Position numbers and translations under genes: made by a program. 64,000 nt of DNA from Epithemia pelagica. Lineage: Eukaryota; Protista; Bacillariophyta. Below are positions 34,559 to 45,825 of this stretch, piece by piece. Location: NCBI GenBank assembly GCA_946965045.2, contig OX337242.1, positions 558,001-622,000 of the forward strand, read 5' to 3'. The notes beneath the pieces are model-generated. The model had not been told where the DNA came from, searched no databases, and saw only the letters and a program-made list of their open reading frames with translations. Each line of letters opens with the position of its first letter. Position 1 is the first letter of the stretch.

Positions 34559-35922
34559 CCATACTCAACAATCCACTCCTCGTTTCGGCCGAACGAAACA
34601 ACATCAACACCAACACCACACTCAACAATTGACAACCAGACGCAAGCTATCCAAAAGAGCAGCATACCAGCGACAACAGCACCCAAAACAAAAATCCACT
34701 CCTAGTTTCGGCCGAACGACAACAACACCCGACGCAACCCAAACGCAACAATCAAAAGCTGACAACAAGAGATGAGGATGGAGGAATGACAGATCCATGG
34801 ACCAACCAACGCAGCAATCAACCTCTTTGACGAGCAGCGACAACCACAACTAGCAACGACAAGGAGGAGCAACAAGACCAAGAGAAATGACTATACGAGT
34901 ACGATGATGCACAAACAAACTACTAGTCTAGACTTCCTACTGTGAAAGCGAGCAGCGCATATGGAAACCAACCCCCCCCCCCCCCCCCCCACCCACAACG
35001 ATAACCTCAACCGACGATCCTCCCAAAGCAGCAGTAAAGCAAAATGGAGAAGGAAAGCAACAATCAACTACGGTCAACTAGACAGAATAAGATGAGAAAG
35101 ACATGCAACAATCAAACCAGTTCCCTTTCTGATTCCACTTTCCCGTCTGGTTCAAAATTCTCCCTCTCTCGCACGCATGTGGCCATAAGTACCATGAACA
35201 TCAGCAAACCAGTCCTGGTCTGGGAATATCTTGGGTAATTTTTGGATCCGAGTGGCGTAAAAGGGAAACTATCATTACGCTCATCATGTTCGTCCAGTTC
35301 CTGTTCCATCCTCATTGTCAGTTTTTGAACAACAACACGGGTTTATGAAATGAAGGTCTCTTACTTAAAAAAAACCGTTGGAGGAAGCAGACAAATGCAG
35401 CGGAATGTCTGCTTAGTGATAAGAGTTTCATGTTCATTTCAGGCCCGCCAAGCATCCACCAGAAACACGTCTCTTTAATTCACTCGTAGGAGTACTCCTT
35501 AATAATAGACCTATGGCCGCTACGAAGCATGTAGAGAAAACTACTGCTCCTGAATACGGATACTGAACTCAGCCGTTGGGCTTATATCAACTCTACGAAC
35601 AGAACCAAGAGTTCCTTCGAAAACGTCTGTCTGGGAGTGAGAAGCGTACAGTAGATAAGGGTCGGAAAATGGTTATGCGCGACCGCTTCTGTACGTCCCC
35701 CAGAGAAAATTGAAGTTTTACTTCGCTACCAAGAATAATCGAACTATGGGCTGCAAATCCAGAGATCCACCAATTAAACTTATTGGTTGGACTTAGTCTA
35801 ACCCGCCTTTCTTTTTTATCTTATATCTCTTTTATCTCTCTTTCTATCTGGCGATCGACGTTCCCATATTTTTTGGATATAAGTTTGTTATGTCCAAATT
35901 CCAAATAAGGATGATGTGTGAA

Positions 35923-36610
35923 CCCCGAGACTGGAGATGGAGACCTAGAACTGTCAGCCATCTCAGACGCTTGCCAAATGGTTGGTCTCCCAGGGAAATC
36001 GAAACGCCACTGGCCATGAAGTTTGCCTCCGAATCCGAAGGATGAGTTGCTCCTCCATGCCATCCGTGTACCCCTTTCTGAAGGCACGAAAAATCTCACG
36101 GGTTTGTTCATTCGCTCGTTTGCAGTTCTCATCAGCCGTACCAGCTCGTACACTTTAAAACCAGCTTTGGGCTTTGACCTTTGACATCTAAACTACGAGT
36201 AATATCATATCAAAATCTTCTGTGTGAAGTTCGAAGCTTTGGCCCCGAGACTGGAGATGGAGACCTAGAACTGTCAGCCATCTCAGACGCTTGCCAAATG
36301 GTTGGTCTCCCAGGGAAATCGAAACGCCACTGGCCATGAAGTTTGCCTCCGAATCCGAAGGATGAGTTGCTCCTCCATGCCATCCGTGTACCCCTTTCTG
36401 AAGGCACGAAAAATCTTCATTCGCTCGTTTGCAGTTCTCATCAGCCGTACCAGCTCGTACACTATAAAACCGGCTTTGGGCTTTGACCTTTGACATCTAA
36501 ACTACGAGTAATATCATATCAAAATCTTCTGTCTGAAGTTCGAAGCTTTGGCCCCGAGACAGGAGATGGAGACCTAGAACTGTCAGCCATCTCAGACGCT
36601 TGCCAAATGG
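35923..36610. repeat. Tandem repeat, 2.2 copies of a 309-320-bp unit
   Basis: Units start CCCCGAGAC at 35923, 36243 and 36552. Copy 2 lacks ~11 bp (CACGGGTTTG region). Copy 3 is truncated after TTGCCAAATGG. Confidence 0.95.
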
Positions 36611-37060
36611 GGTGTTACGCAGAGAGATCTCGTTCCGAGTTCGCCGCGCGAGAGGTTCGTCTTTTTGTTGTCGAAATCGAGCACACAATTGGTCCTCTTG
36701 CCACATTCGATTTGATTTGTCTTTTTTCTCTTCATAACACACCTCTACCTCTAGAATGATGAACATGAAGATCTTTGTAACTACTTTGTTGGCAGCCTTG
36801 ATGCCCGTTGCCGTCTTGGGTGACGGTGTAAGTATCCGTACGTGATGGTTTCGGAAGGAGATGGGTAACAGGAAGCTTCTCTTCTGACTCGGTTCCTTTT
36901 GCTTGATTTCTTTTTGTTTTGCGTTGCTCTTGCGTATCTTGCCTCGTCTCGACACATTGTAACGATTGATTGGCAATCCTCAATGGCGGCGGCATTACAG
37001 ATGAATGTATTCACGTAGTGTGTGGAGACAGTTGTACTGGTACGTCTTTCTTCTTCGTAG

Positions 37061-38521
37061 ATGGAACGAATCTCGTCCTACTGGACACACCATCTGACGT
37101 ATCTCTTGTTGTTGTTGCTGTGTTGTTGTGGTTGTGCAGGTCGCATCGAACCCAAGGGCCCAACATCAGCTCCCACTCACAAGGTGACATATGTCAACCA
37201 CCAGTGTGATGATGGGAAATCATTTTGTAACGTCAAGTACGATGAGACACGTTCATGCCAGTGTACCAACCTTGGAAATCTTCAAGCCGGCACAACAGAA
37301 TTCAATACGCGGTTACTAGCATGCAGTAATCCCACATGTCCAAAGCTGAAAGCATGGAACGATACACTCGTGCCTCCGGAAGTTTCTGTCAAGCTGAATT
37401 GTCTTGAGGAGGATTGTGCACAGTACCCAAGCATCGTCGTTCGAGATGATGAACTCAAGTGTAAATGGGGAGGACTTGGTGTATCAGGACAAGTCTACCC
37501 TGCAATGGAGGTATGTCCTGAAGACCCCTTCATGGGATTGAAACCCAAATGCCCGAAAGCACAGTATCAAGGTGAGGGGTTCGGTGCTCAATCATACCTC
37601 TTTGCGACTTGCCACGCGGATGGAACATGGACGCCTGACCGCCTCAAGATTCGTGGACGGCATGTTGCTGGGTTTTGTTCTATTGACCTTCAACAAGAAG
37701 GCGTGCACCAAGTACAAATTGAGGCTTTGTGTAACAGTTTTAACAGTGGTTCGGGTCCAGAGTGGTTTGACTGCGACGATATTTATGCAAATGATTGTCC
37801 TTCTACGGACGGGAAGCCGGGACTCAAGGTGACTTACCCAACACCAGCTCCCACTCACAAGGTGACATATGTCAACCACCAGTGTGATGATGGGAAATCA
37901 TTTTGTAACGTCAAGTACGATGAGACACGTTCATGCCAGTGTACCAACCTTGGAAATCTTCAAGCCGGCACAACAGAATTCAATACGCGGTTACTAGCAT
38001 GCAGTAATCCCACATGTCCAAAGCTGAAAGCATGGAACGATACACTCGTGCCTCCGGAAGTTTCTGTCAAGCTGAATTGTCTTGAGGAGGATTGTGCACA
38101 GTACCCAAGCATCGTCGTTCGAGATGATGAACTCAAGTGTAAATGGGGAGGACTTGGTGTATCAGGACAAGTCTACCCTGCAATGGAGGTATGTCCTGAA
38201 GACCCCTTCATGGGATTGAAACCCAAATGCCCGAAAGCACAGTATCAAGGTGAGGGGTTCGGTGCTCAATCATACCTCTTTGCGACTTGCCACGCGGATG
38301 GAACATGGACGCCTGACCGCCTCAAGATTCGTGGACGGCATGTTGCTGGGTTTTGTTCTATTGACCTTCAACAAGAAGGCGTGCACCAAGTACAAATTGA
38401 GGCTTTGTGTAACAGTTTTAACAGTGGTTCGGGTCCAGAGTGGTTTGACTGCGACGATATTTATGCAAATGATTGTCCTTCTACGGACGGGAAGCCGGGA
38501 CTCAAGGTGACTTATCCGTAG
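37061..38521 (+). CDS. Secreted Cys-rich protein made of two near-identical 226-aa modules
   Basis: Signal peptide (…YLLLLLLCCCGCAG). The 678-bp unit occurs at 37159-37836 and 37837-38514; the only difference I saw is at 37166/37844. There are 16 Cys per module and a sushi-like C..DGTW motif. Confidence 0.75.
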   Translation: MERISSYWTHHLTYLLLLLLCCCGCAGRIEPKGPTSAPTHKVTYVNHQCDDGKSFCNVKYDETRSCQCTNLGNLQAGTTEFNTRLLACSNPTCPKLKAWNDTLVPPEVSVKLNCLEEDCAQYPSIVVRDDELKCKWGGLGVSGQVYPAMEVCPEDPFMGLKPKCPKAQYQGEGFGAQSYLFATCHADGTWTPDRLKIRGRHVAGFCSIDLQQEGVHQVQIEALCNSFNSGSGPEWFDCDDIYANDCPSTDGKPGLKVTYPTPAPTHKVTYVNHQCDDGKSFCNVKYDETRSCQCTNLGNLQAGTTEFNTRLLACSNPTCPKLKAWNDTLVPPEVSVKLNCLEEDCAQYPSIVVRDDELKCKWGGLGVSGQVYPAMEVCPEDPFMGLKPKCPKAQYQGEGFGAQSYLFATCHADGTWTPDRLKIRGRHVAGFCSIDLQQEGVHQVQIEALCNSFNSGSGPEWFDCDDIYANDCPSTDGKPGLKVTYP

Positions 38522-38941
38522 GTCACTGTTCAGAGCCCAAAGCAGTGCTTGCAATCGCACGAGTTCGAGACTGTTTTCCGAAGATACGAAAGGAATGCTC
38601 ATTGATTGAAAGCAAGTCATCAGAGAAACGTTATAGTTTGGATTTGAATTCGACCTCTTCAATTTCTAACCTAGGTTAAAAGGACCCGATGCTTTCTCTA
38701 GACAAGATATTGTAGATTATGTTACTGTTGCGTTGGTTCTACTCCTCTAGACCCTTACTATCCCAGCTCGGACTCGGATTGAGCGAAAAAAGGAATAGTC
38801 GGGTAGCAAACATAACCACCCGCAGTCGCAGTTCGGACGACAAAATAGACTGATTCGCGGGATCACGACGAGGGAGAAAAAACCCCGAGACCCGAGGACG
38901 TCGTTACAAGAGAACGAAATGCCAACAACAGAAGGAGCACC

Positions 38942-39810
38942 ATGGATTTTGTGGTGCCCATTCGACCCGAAGAAATTCCCGAGGCACTGAAATGTCCCAT
39001 TTGTTTTGGAGTACCAGTGGTTCCAGTCGTGACACCCTGCGACCATGTCTTTTGTCACGACTGTCTCTACGAAGCACATCGACTTGCAGCGGAGGACCGA
39101 GATGCTAGACGAATCGAGGTGGGGATGCTCACATGTCCTGTTTGTCGGAAAAGCAGCATCGCGATTCGATCTCTTGCCGAGGGAGCACCCTTGGCGTACC
39201 GTATTTGGAACCAGATTCCCGTCAAATGTTCCATGCAGGAACAGGGATGCACATGGACGGGAGCCATTTCCGATGTCGCAAATCACCGTGTACGATGTGC
39301 CCTATATCAACAAAAGAAGACGGTTGAAAACGAGGATTCCATTCGATTAGCGCAGGCCTTGGCAAAGGTTGAAGAACTGGAACGAGAAAAGCAACAACTA
39401 GAGCAAGAACTTCGTTCTTCGGAAGAGAAGCTGAAAACTACATCTGAAAGTCTGGCAAAGGCACAATGTGATCTAGACGAACTCAACAGCAGTCCAAGAT
39501 CAAAACTGGACGCCTTGTTTATCCCTGGTAGACCGGATAGTTATAGTTTTGATCGATTCAAGGTGGTGTCACTCGCACGGTTGATTTCTCGGTATCTCTT
39601 GACGGGACCACGTCAATCCTCATCTCCTGTTCGCATGATTGAAAACAATCGCATTTTCAATTGCGTACGAGACCGTTACTCTGATTTGGAGCATGGCTGG
39701 AAGGACAATCCTCCCGACTATTATCAAAATGTTTGCAAAGTAAAGGGTGGTTCACAGACAATCAAATGAATCGAATTCAAAGCTGGCTACATGAACAAGG
39801 ATGGACCTAA
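38942..39810 (+). CDS. RING (C3HC4) + TRAF-type zinc finger + coiled-coil protein (putative E3 ligase) with an apparent frameshift near 39740
   Basis: CPIC…PCDHVFCHDC…CPVC and C..GC.W.G….NH…C motifs. A shifted frame continues GWFTDNQMNRIQSWLHEQGWT* to 39810. Confidence 0.75.
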
Positions 39811-40099
39811 AGAAGCATCCACAGGAATCACATAGTCGGGTAACGGGACAAAACAGTTCGAAGAAAAAGGGTTTAGAACGTATTCAAATGCTATTCATGT
39901 GTACCAAATGTTTTGTCGGACGGCTAGCCGCTGTCCCCTAGATCAACAGAACAACCCTTCTTATCAAATGTTGCATATGATTCAAAGAACGCGCTAGATG
40001 TGGATTTGGAATCATTATCATGGTTAAAGACCCATTCTCCAAACGTACCAGGCGGTTCCAATCAAACATATTCGGAGAGAGCAATGAGTTGACAAGTTT

Positions 40100-40690
40100 T
40101 TATTTTTGTACATTGACAGGTCCAATGGTAGTTTTCAAGTGCTTGGGTATACGAAGTCGTGTCTTGGGTTTGGGAATGCGCGGATTCCATTGAAAGGTAT
40201 CGGGATGGGCATAGTGATCCAACCCAAAGGTGGTAAAGTTCCCACTATTGGCACGAGGCACGGGCGCCAGCGGTGGAACCGATGCCGGCAATTCATTGGG
40301 AAAGTGATGGTCGGGCCCGGCGTAGATCCACAATCGTTTTTCAATATAATTGCGTCGTAATCGATTCCGCTCCATCATACCCAACACGGCCTTGCGCAGA
40401 ATCTTGCACGGATTTTGTTCCAGCATTTGCTCGGCGGTTCGGCTTTTCAAACCTCCCGGATAACCCGTATGCCAACGATAGAGCTTCAATTTCCACTTTT
40501 TACCGGTAAATTGCACCTTTTGGGCATTGACGACCACCACATGATCGCCCATATCCTTGCCGGGCATGTAGGTGGGCTTGTGCTTGCCGCGCAGAATATT
40601 GGCAATTTGGACCGCCACACGTCCCACCGTTTGGTTCTCGGCATTCACCAAATGCCAGGCACGCTGCATGTGCATACCAATAAACGACAT
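40100..40690 (-). CDS. MRPL13: Mitochondrial large-subunit ribosomal protein uL13m
   Basis: RAWHLVNAENQTVGRVA…LRGKHKPTY.P..DMGDHVVVVNA…YRWHTGYPGGLK is the uL13 signature. Likely ATG at 40690. Confidence 0.93.
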   Translation of the reverse strand: MSFIGMHMQRAWHLVNAENQTVGRVAVQIANILRGKHKPTYMPGKDMGDHVVVVNAQKVQFTGKKWKLKLYRWHTGYPGGLKSRTAEQMLEQNPCKILRKAVLGMMERNRLRRNYIEKRLWIYAGPDHHFPNELPASVPPLAPVPRANSGNFTTFGLDHYAHPDTFQWNPRIPKPKTRLRIPKHLKTTIGPVNVQK

Positions 40691-41037
40691 GGTCAATGAT
40701 ACAAGGTCATGTACAACCACAACAACAACGTCTTTTGACACAACAACAGAAACGAACAAAGGATACTTTTTGAGGTCTTTGACACAGCCCAGAACCACGG
40801 AAAAACAGCGACCAAAATTATTCTTCGAACCATATTCTGGGGGGCCTAAAACCTACAGGGGGTATAGAAACAGGGTGCCCTCAAATGTCGTTAGACACCA
40901 TGCGACCACGACAACGGGGATCAAACAACGAATACCCACACAACAAAAGACGGGCAGGTTTCGTTTATAAGAAATCTCTCCTGAGTTCGAATACCATAAA
41001 GAAGAGTCGTACTCACAATACAAAGCATAGCCACAGC

Positions 41038-41967
41038 ATGAGCTCGCGCTCGGGTCATTTCTCTTCGAGTAGTCATCGTGGCAGAACGACGGAAACACGC
41101 GCTCGCGACGACTACGGCGGCAAACGAAAAACTTTGTTGCCACAAAGTCAAGAACGGGTGTCGGATGAAGAAGCGGTTCGAGCGCTGCAACAAGAAGCTG
41201 CGGAGCGACAAGAAACACAGGAACGAGAACGACAGCAACAATCCAAGAGGTTCAAATCCGAAAGTTCAAGATTTGACAAACGTCGAAAGGAAACGAACCA
41301 AACGTATTCCAAACCGTCCAATTCTTCTACCAGGCGGGAGCGAGATGAAAATGATTATTATGGCCCTGCTTCCTCCCAAGGCCACCAAGACGTTGATGAC
41401 AACAAGTACAGCGAAAAGGGAACAGATGAGAGTGTCAAGAAGGACAAACCGAACTTTGGTCTTTCGGGGGCGCTTGCCAGAGATGTTGGAGAAAATGGCG
41501 AAAACAATCATATGCGCAAGGGAATCTTGCTCAAATTTCAAGAACCACCCGAAGCACGGATTCCCAATACGTTTTGGAGATTCTATGTCTTTAAAGACAA
41601 ACCTGTCGACAAAAAGGATGACATCAAAGACGATTCACAGCCTCTGGAAACCTTGCATATTTCACGTCAGTCGGCCTATTTGATTGGTCGGAATGCGGAT
41701 ATTTGTGACATTCCCATTTTACATGCTTCTTGTTCGTCTCAACATGCCGTATTGCAGTATCGTGCTTTGCCCAGTGACGAGCACGGCGGCAAGCTCCTTT
41801 GCAAACCCTATCTCATGGATTTGGAATCCACCAATGGAACATTTCTCAATGGCGTGCGCCTCAATGCAGCACGATACTATCCCTTGCAAAAGGGTGATGT
41901 CGTACGGTTTGCGGCCTCCACAAGAGAATACGTCCTTCTGACAGCCAATACAACCTCCATCGACTAA
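41038..41967 (+). CDS. SNIP1: FHA-domain protein, SNIP1/DAWDLE/Pml1-like (RES complex)
   Basis: KPNFGLSGALA, KFQEPPEAR.P..WRFYVFK, YLIGR, SCSSQHAVLQYR, PYLMDLESTNGTFLN, STREYVLL. The start could also be 40885. Confidence 0.92.
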   Translation: MSSRSGHFSSSSHRGRTTETRARDDYGGKRKTLLPQSQERVSDEEAVRALQQEAAERQETQERERQQQSKRFKSESSRFDKRRKETNQTYSKPSNSSTRRERDENDYYGPASSQGHQDVDDNKYSEKGTDESVKKDKPNFGLSGALARDVGENGENNHMRKGILLKFQEPPEARIPNTFWRFYVFKDKPVDKKDDIKDDSQPLETLHISRQSAYLIGRNADICDIPILHASCSSQHAVLQYRALPSDEHGGKLLCKPYLMDLESTNGTFLNGVRLNAARYYPLQKGDVVRFAASTREYVLLTANTTSID

Positions 41968-42774
41968 AAAGACGAGACAACGCTTGCGTTAATCAACCTA
42001 TATGGTATGAACACCAGGCAACGAGGAGAACGAGATGCTCGGTGGACACATCATCAGCAAAATGGCCGCCCATGTTCACCGTGACAGGCTTTGAACATGA
42101 GACCAAGACGTACGGAATGCGTTTTGTCTCAAGTCTGAAGATGATGGACGATGATGTGGACAGGGTTTAATGGTTAGAGTATGTATCCATTTAGGAGTTA
42201 CCATGAATGACTGGGAGTGCTGAGTGGTTACCAGAAGATACAAGACACGCGCTACAATTAATTAATTTTAGTGTGTGTGTCGTGTCTTCGGGTAACCACT
42301 CAGCTTTCAAAGACGTAGGTAGTCTCTAGAAAGCAAGGCACATGGATTAATAATTGATTCTCGCTCTATAAAGACTATGCGCATCGTTTTTGCTCTTTCA
42401 TTTTGATTCTCGATGTATTCTATTCTTCATGTCTTGTCAGGGTGAAGGATCTCGTGATGCGTCAACCTCGGAAGAACAACTGAGATGCGTCGATGCAACC
42501 GAAAGGCGAGAATCCTGTATTCTTCACTTCACGAGCAGAATGGGCTCCTCAAAGTAGTAGGAACCGAAAGAGACATAAGTCTATAGAACGGAACCGAAGG
42601 AAGATCCATGCATCAACTTTGAGTCCTGGACTCGTCCTACGGAAGACTAAGAAACATCGCCTCGGGGACATTCTCGTCGTGAAGATTTAGAAGGTTGATG
42701 TCTTTCAAAAGCAGAACCACAAGAACATTCTTCACACGTAGTGTGGCTTGTTGGGATCCCATTCGCGGTATGAA

Positions 42775-43740
42775 TCAGCCTGACTGCAAAAATACCAATT
42801 CCTTGGGCAACTTGCCCATGGCATACCATTGGAATTCCTTCTCCAGCAATTCTGCAGTTTCTTGTCGTTGTTTGCCAATTTTCATGGACCAAACAGTTAA
42901 AAACCCAGTCGCTGCCAAGCCCAGTCCTGGAATAATCATGTTGGACGCCGTAAGCGCGGCCGCTCCCATTTTCGTAGCCGCCATGGCCCCTTCGCCTTGC
43001 AGGGTTTCCCATTGACCAGTCATACACCACACAGCAACCGTCTCACAATTGCTGCACAAGACATTGTAATCTGGAATCAAATGACGACAATCTCGCAAAA
43101 ACTGTACTCTCGTCAAAATGGTGGATACCGGAGAAGGAACCACCCCCGAACAGGTTCCGGGTCGCCATGTGAGACACTCCAAAGGGTTGGCCTCATACTT
43201 GACCTTGTGCCACTTGCTAGGGTCCGTTTCGACAACGATACGATAACCTCCATTCACACTCGTGGAAAGCGCATTCGATGCATTGGAAGATGAATGAATC
43301 AGCATGTTATTGTTGGGCTCCAGCAAGCCCGCATTGGTAAATTCGGCAATCAAAATGGTGGACTTGCTGTATTCGCGACTGCTTTCATATACATCATCAT
43401 CATCCATAGTTCGAGTCTCGATATGATTCTCGTTGTTTTGCCTAGACTCATGCGTTTCGAGAACAATCCCATGGTGTTGATACAGTGTACACCAAAGATA
43501 GACGTGATCACCTGGTCGTAAGACTTCTCCGCCACCGGCTATTGGTTGCGATTCGTAGTCCAGTCGATACATTTCGAGCTCTTCCAGTGGTTGGTCTTCT
43601 TCATCTTCCTCGTTTCCAGGGTCTTTGTCCTCGCTCTTTGGCACAATAATTGTTGTTTCATTTCCAATAAAACCGTCCTCAACCTTCCTTGGTTCCTTCT
43701 CCATGCTGCCTTCTGCTCCATCGATTGCTTGGACCACCAT
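42775..43740 (-). CDS. LRAT/NC-domain (permuted NlpC/P60 thiol acyltransferase/hydrolase) protein
   Basis: GDHVYLW…YQHHGIV H-box and YNVLCSNCETVAVWCMTG NCE motif, followed by a hydrophobic C-terminal segment. Confidence 0.85.
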   Translation of the reverse strand: MVVQAIDGAEGSMEKEPRKVEDGFIGNETTIIVPKSEDKDPGNEEDEEDQPLEELEMYRLDYESQPIAGGGEVLRPGDHVYLWCTLYQHHGIVLETHESRQNNENHIETRTMDDDDVYESSREYSKSTILIAEFTNAGLLEPNNNMLIHSSSNASNALSTSVNGGYRIVVETDPSKWHKVKYEANPLECLTWRPGTCSGVVPSPVSTILTRVQFLRDCRHLIPDYNVLCSNCETVAVWCMTGQWETLQGEGAMAATKMGAAALTASNMIIPGLGLAATGFLTVWSMKIGKQRQETAELLEKEFQWYAMGKLPKELVFLQSG

Positions 43741-44560
43741 CGTGGTAGGTGGCAGCGTCCATGTAGTGTCCGTGTCCCACGCGACGGAGGAGCAAGCGAC
43801 TGCAGTTTTAAGAGCGATCTAAACGCGACCCAAGAACTATGTTTGTCTTTTCTGCAGCTCTATCCCCTAAAAGACGATAATCCAAAGAGGTCACTTCCCT
43901 TTTTGTTTTGCCATTGACCTTAATTCCCTCTCTGTTTTACTAACAGCCTTGTCTTCCAAGAAAAGGAACCGCTACCGATGACACTGCTCTTCCATCACAT
44001 GGTGAAAAGTTTTTCGTCTATGAAGATGCCAGGCACAGGGCGAATGGTCGGATCAAACACCCATTAGCAGCTTTCAAAAGTGTCCATATCACACCGTTTG
44101 TCCTCTATCATTCAATTCGAGACTCTCTGGAGTAACGGAATGCCACTTCTTGAGCTTGATTTTCATAGAAAGGGTTCCAAGAATCGAAAACGTTCCAGCT
44201 TGACGCAAGGAGACGAATGACAATTCCGGTATTGGCATCTCCTTTCCCAATTCAATACGACAACGAAAGTACTCTCTAGTAGGAAACTCATTGTTTGGTC
44301 TGGAAACTCGTGTCGTCATCCAACTCGTTCCAATCAATGGATCTGTCGGCGTAGCATCGCTGAACCAATTGCCGCAACATCCACTCTCTCGGGTTCGGCC
44401 TTTTTGAAACAAGAGTCAATGAGGAACGCAACGAGCATTCCCCGAGATCCATTTAGATTGGTGATACTCGTCCCAACACTATCAGCAAGTATTTCGTTCC
44501 TCTTTGCAAGTCCATACACAATGAAAATGGGAGCCGTCTTTTGTCTCGTACTTCATTGCA

Positions 44561-45289
44561 TTATATCGACGATGAGCATTGCTTGGTTCTACGACGACAC
44601 AGCCCTGCATTGATTTCGTCGTTCGTGCAACCCCAGACAAAGTAGACACGTCCCACCGCAAAGCAGGCAAGTCCAGCCACCAAAAGGGAAGCTTCTACCA
44701 GTCCAGTCGTTTCCAAGGCACTTCCACTGTGTAACAGACAAGCGTCCACCAAAAACAAGGTACTCCCTGTCCAGAAACACGAACTTCCCCAAAATAAGGC
44801 AGCCTTGTATCGCCACGGATAGGGTTGAGGAACATGCGTTCCATAGACCAGTGACGTGGAACCGACGAGAAAAACCAAACTCCCAGTGACATACAAGGCT
44901 TCCAAAACCGCCACAATGTCATTGTCGTTTTCCCTGTCGCTCCTCCAAAACTCGAGGCAAAAGTACCCCAAGAAAATGGAATAGCCACAAAAGTACAAAA
45001 AGACGCCCAGTACTACCCACAGATTCGGTGCGGGTGGAGCAGCCATATAGAGATACAAGAAGGAGGCATAACAGGTGGAATAGACGACATGAAAGACCAA
45101 GTTCGGAAGCGTCCATACAGAAGAGTCCGTCACAGCCAACAGGAGGGAGGTGAGGGTCTGATAGAGAAAAATGTGCGCCGTCAATACATTCCAACGGACG
45201 ATGCTGGGGTGCGTGGACCTCTGAAAGGGCCACCATGATAGACGAGGTTCATCCACGGCTGGACATTCGTCGTCCTCATCCACTCGCAC
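44561..45289 (-). CDS. Multi-pass membrane protein (YrhK-like repeats)
   Basis: About six hydrophobic helices with repeated GSxxFxxGS motifs (GSLVFLVGS, GSSCFWTGS). Confidence 0.65.
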   Translation of the reverse strand: MRVDEDDECPAVDEPRLSWWPFQRSTHPSIVRWNVLTAHIFLYQTLTSLLLAVTDSSVWTLPNLVFHVVYSTCYASFLYLYMAAPPAPNLWVVLGVFLYFCGYSIFLGYFCLEFWRSDRENDNDIVAVLEALYVTGSLVFLVGSTSLVYGTHVPQPYPWRYKAALFWGSSCFWTGSTLFLVDACLLHSGSALETTGLVEASLLVAGLACFAVGRVYFVWGCTNDEINAGLCRRRTKQCSSSI

Positions 45290-45825
45290 GGTTGTCCGAT
45301 CCGTCGTATCCGACAGGAGGATTCTACTGCCTCAGACTGCTTCATCTTGAGATTCGGTGGTTGGCTTCGCTTCTTCTGCGCCGAGATGGCTTCACACCAC
45401 TCGTGACTGGTACCAACGGTTCAGTCCCGAACATTCCCGGCACGGTTATGGAGCTTCCGAATGGATAATGGATGTTGTCAGTTGTCAATTCTGTCAAACC
45501 AAACTGAAATGTACAGATGAATATATCGTTGTATCTACCATGGACAACCCTATAAACTCGAAAGCTTTTCCTCTCTGCATTGTGATCAGAGTGAATAATA
45601 CGACGCGTTCAGAATCTTACACAGAACACTGTCTGTGGCGTCGAACAGATGCTGTCGGCGGGTGGTGTCAAGTCCATCATGGAGTGATTCGCATTTTCAG
45701 AGTCGTGTCACGATGGCATTCCAACGAATTGATCTCACAATACCAACAACCAAATCTCAACGAAAAAACCATACTACTTTGTCAAAAAGAAGAGCAATTC
45801 CTTTTGCAACCACCAACAAAAACTC

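Noticed and set aside
35923-36610. CRISPR array or LTR pair
   Set aside because: The units are ~320 bp and contiguous with no spacers. There are no TG…CA ends, PBS or PPT.
40690-41038. Divergent uL13m/SNIP1 pair as a special system
   Set aside because: Short head-to-head spacing is ordinary in compact diatom genomes.
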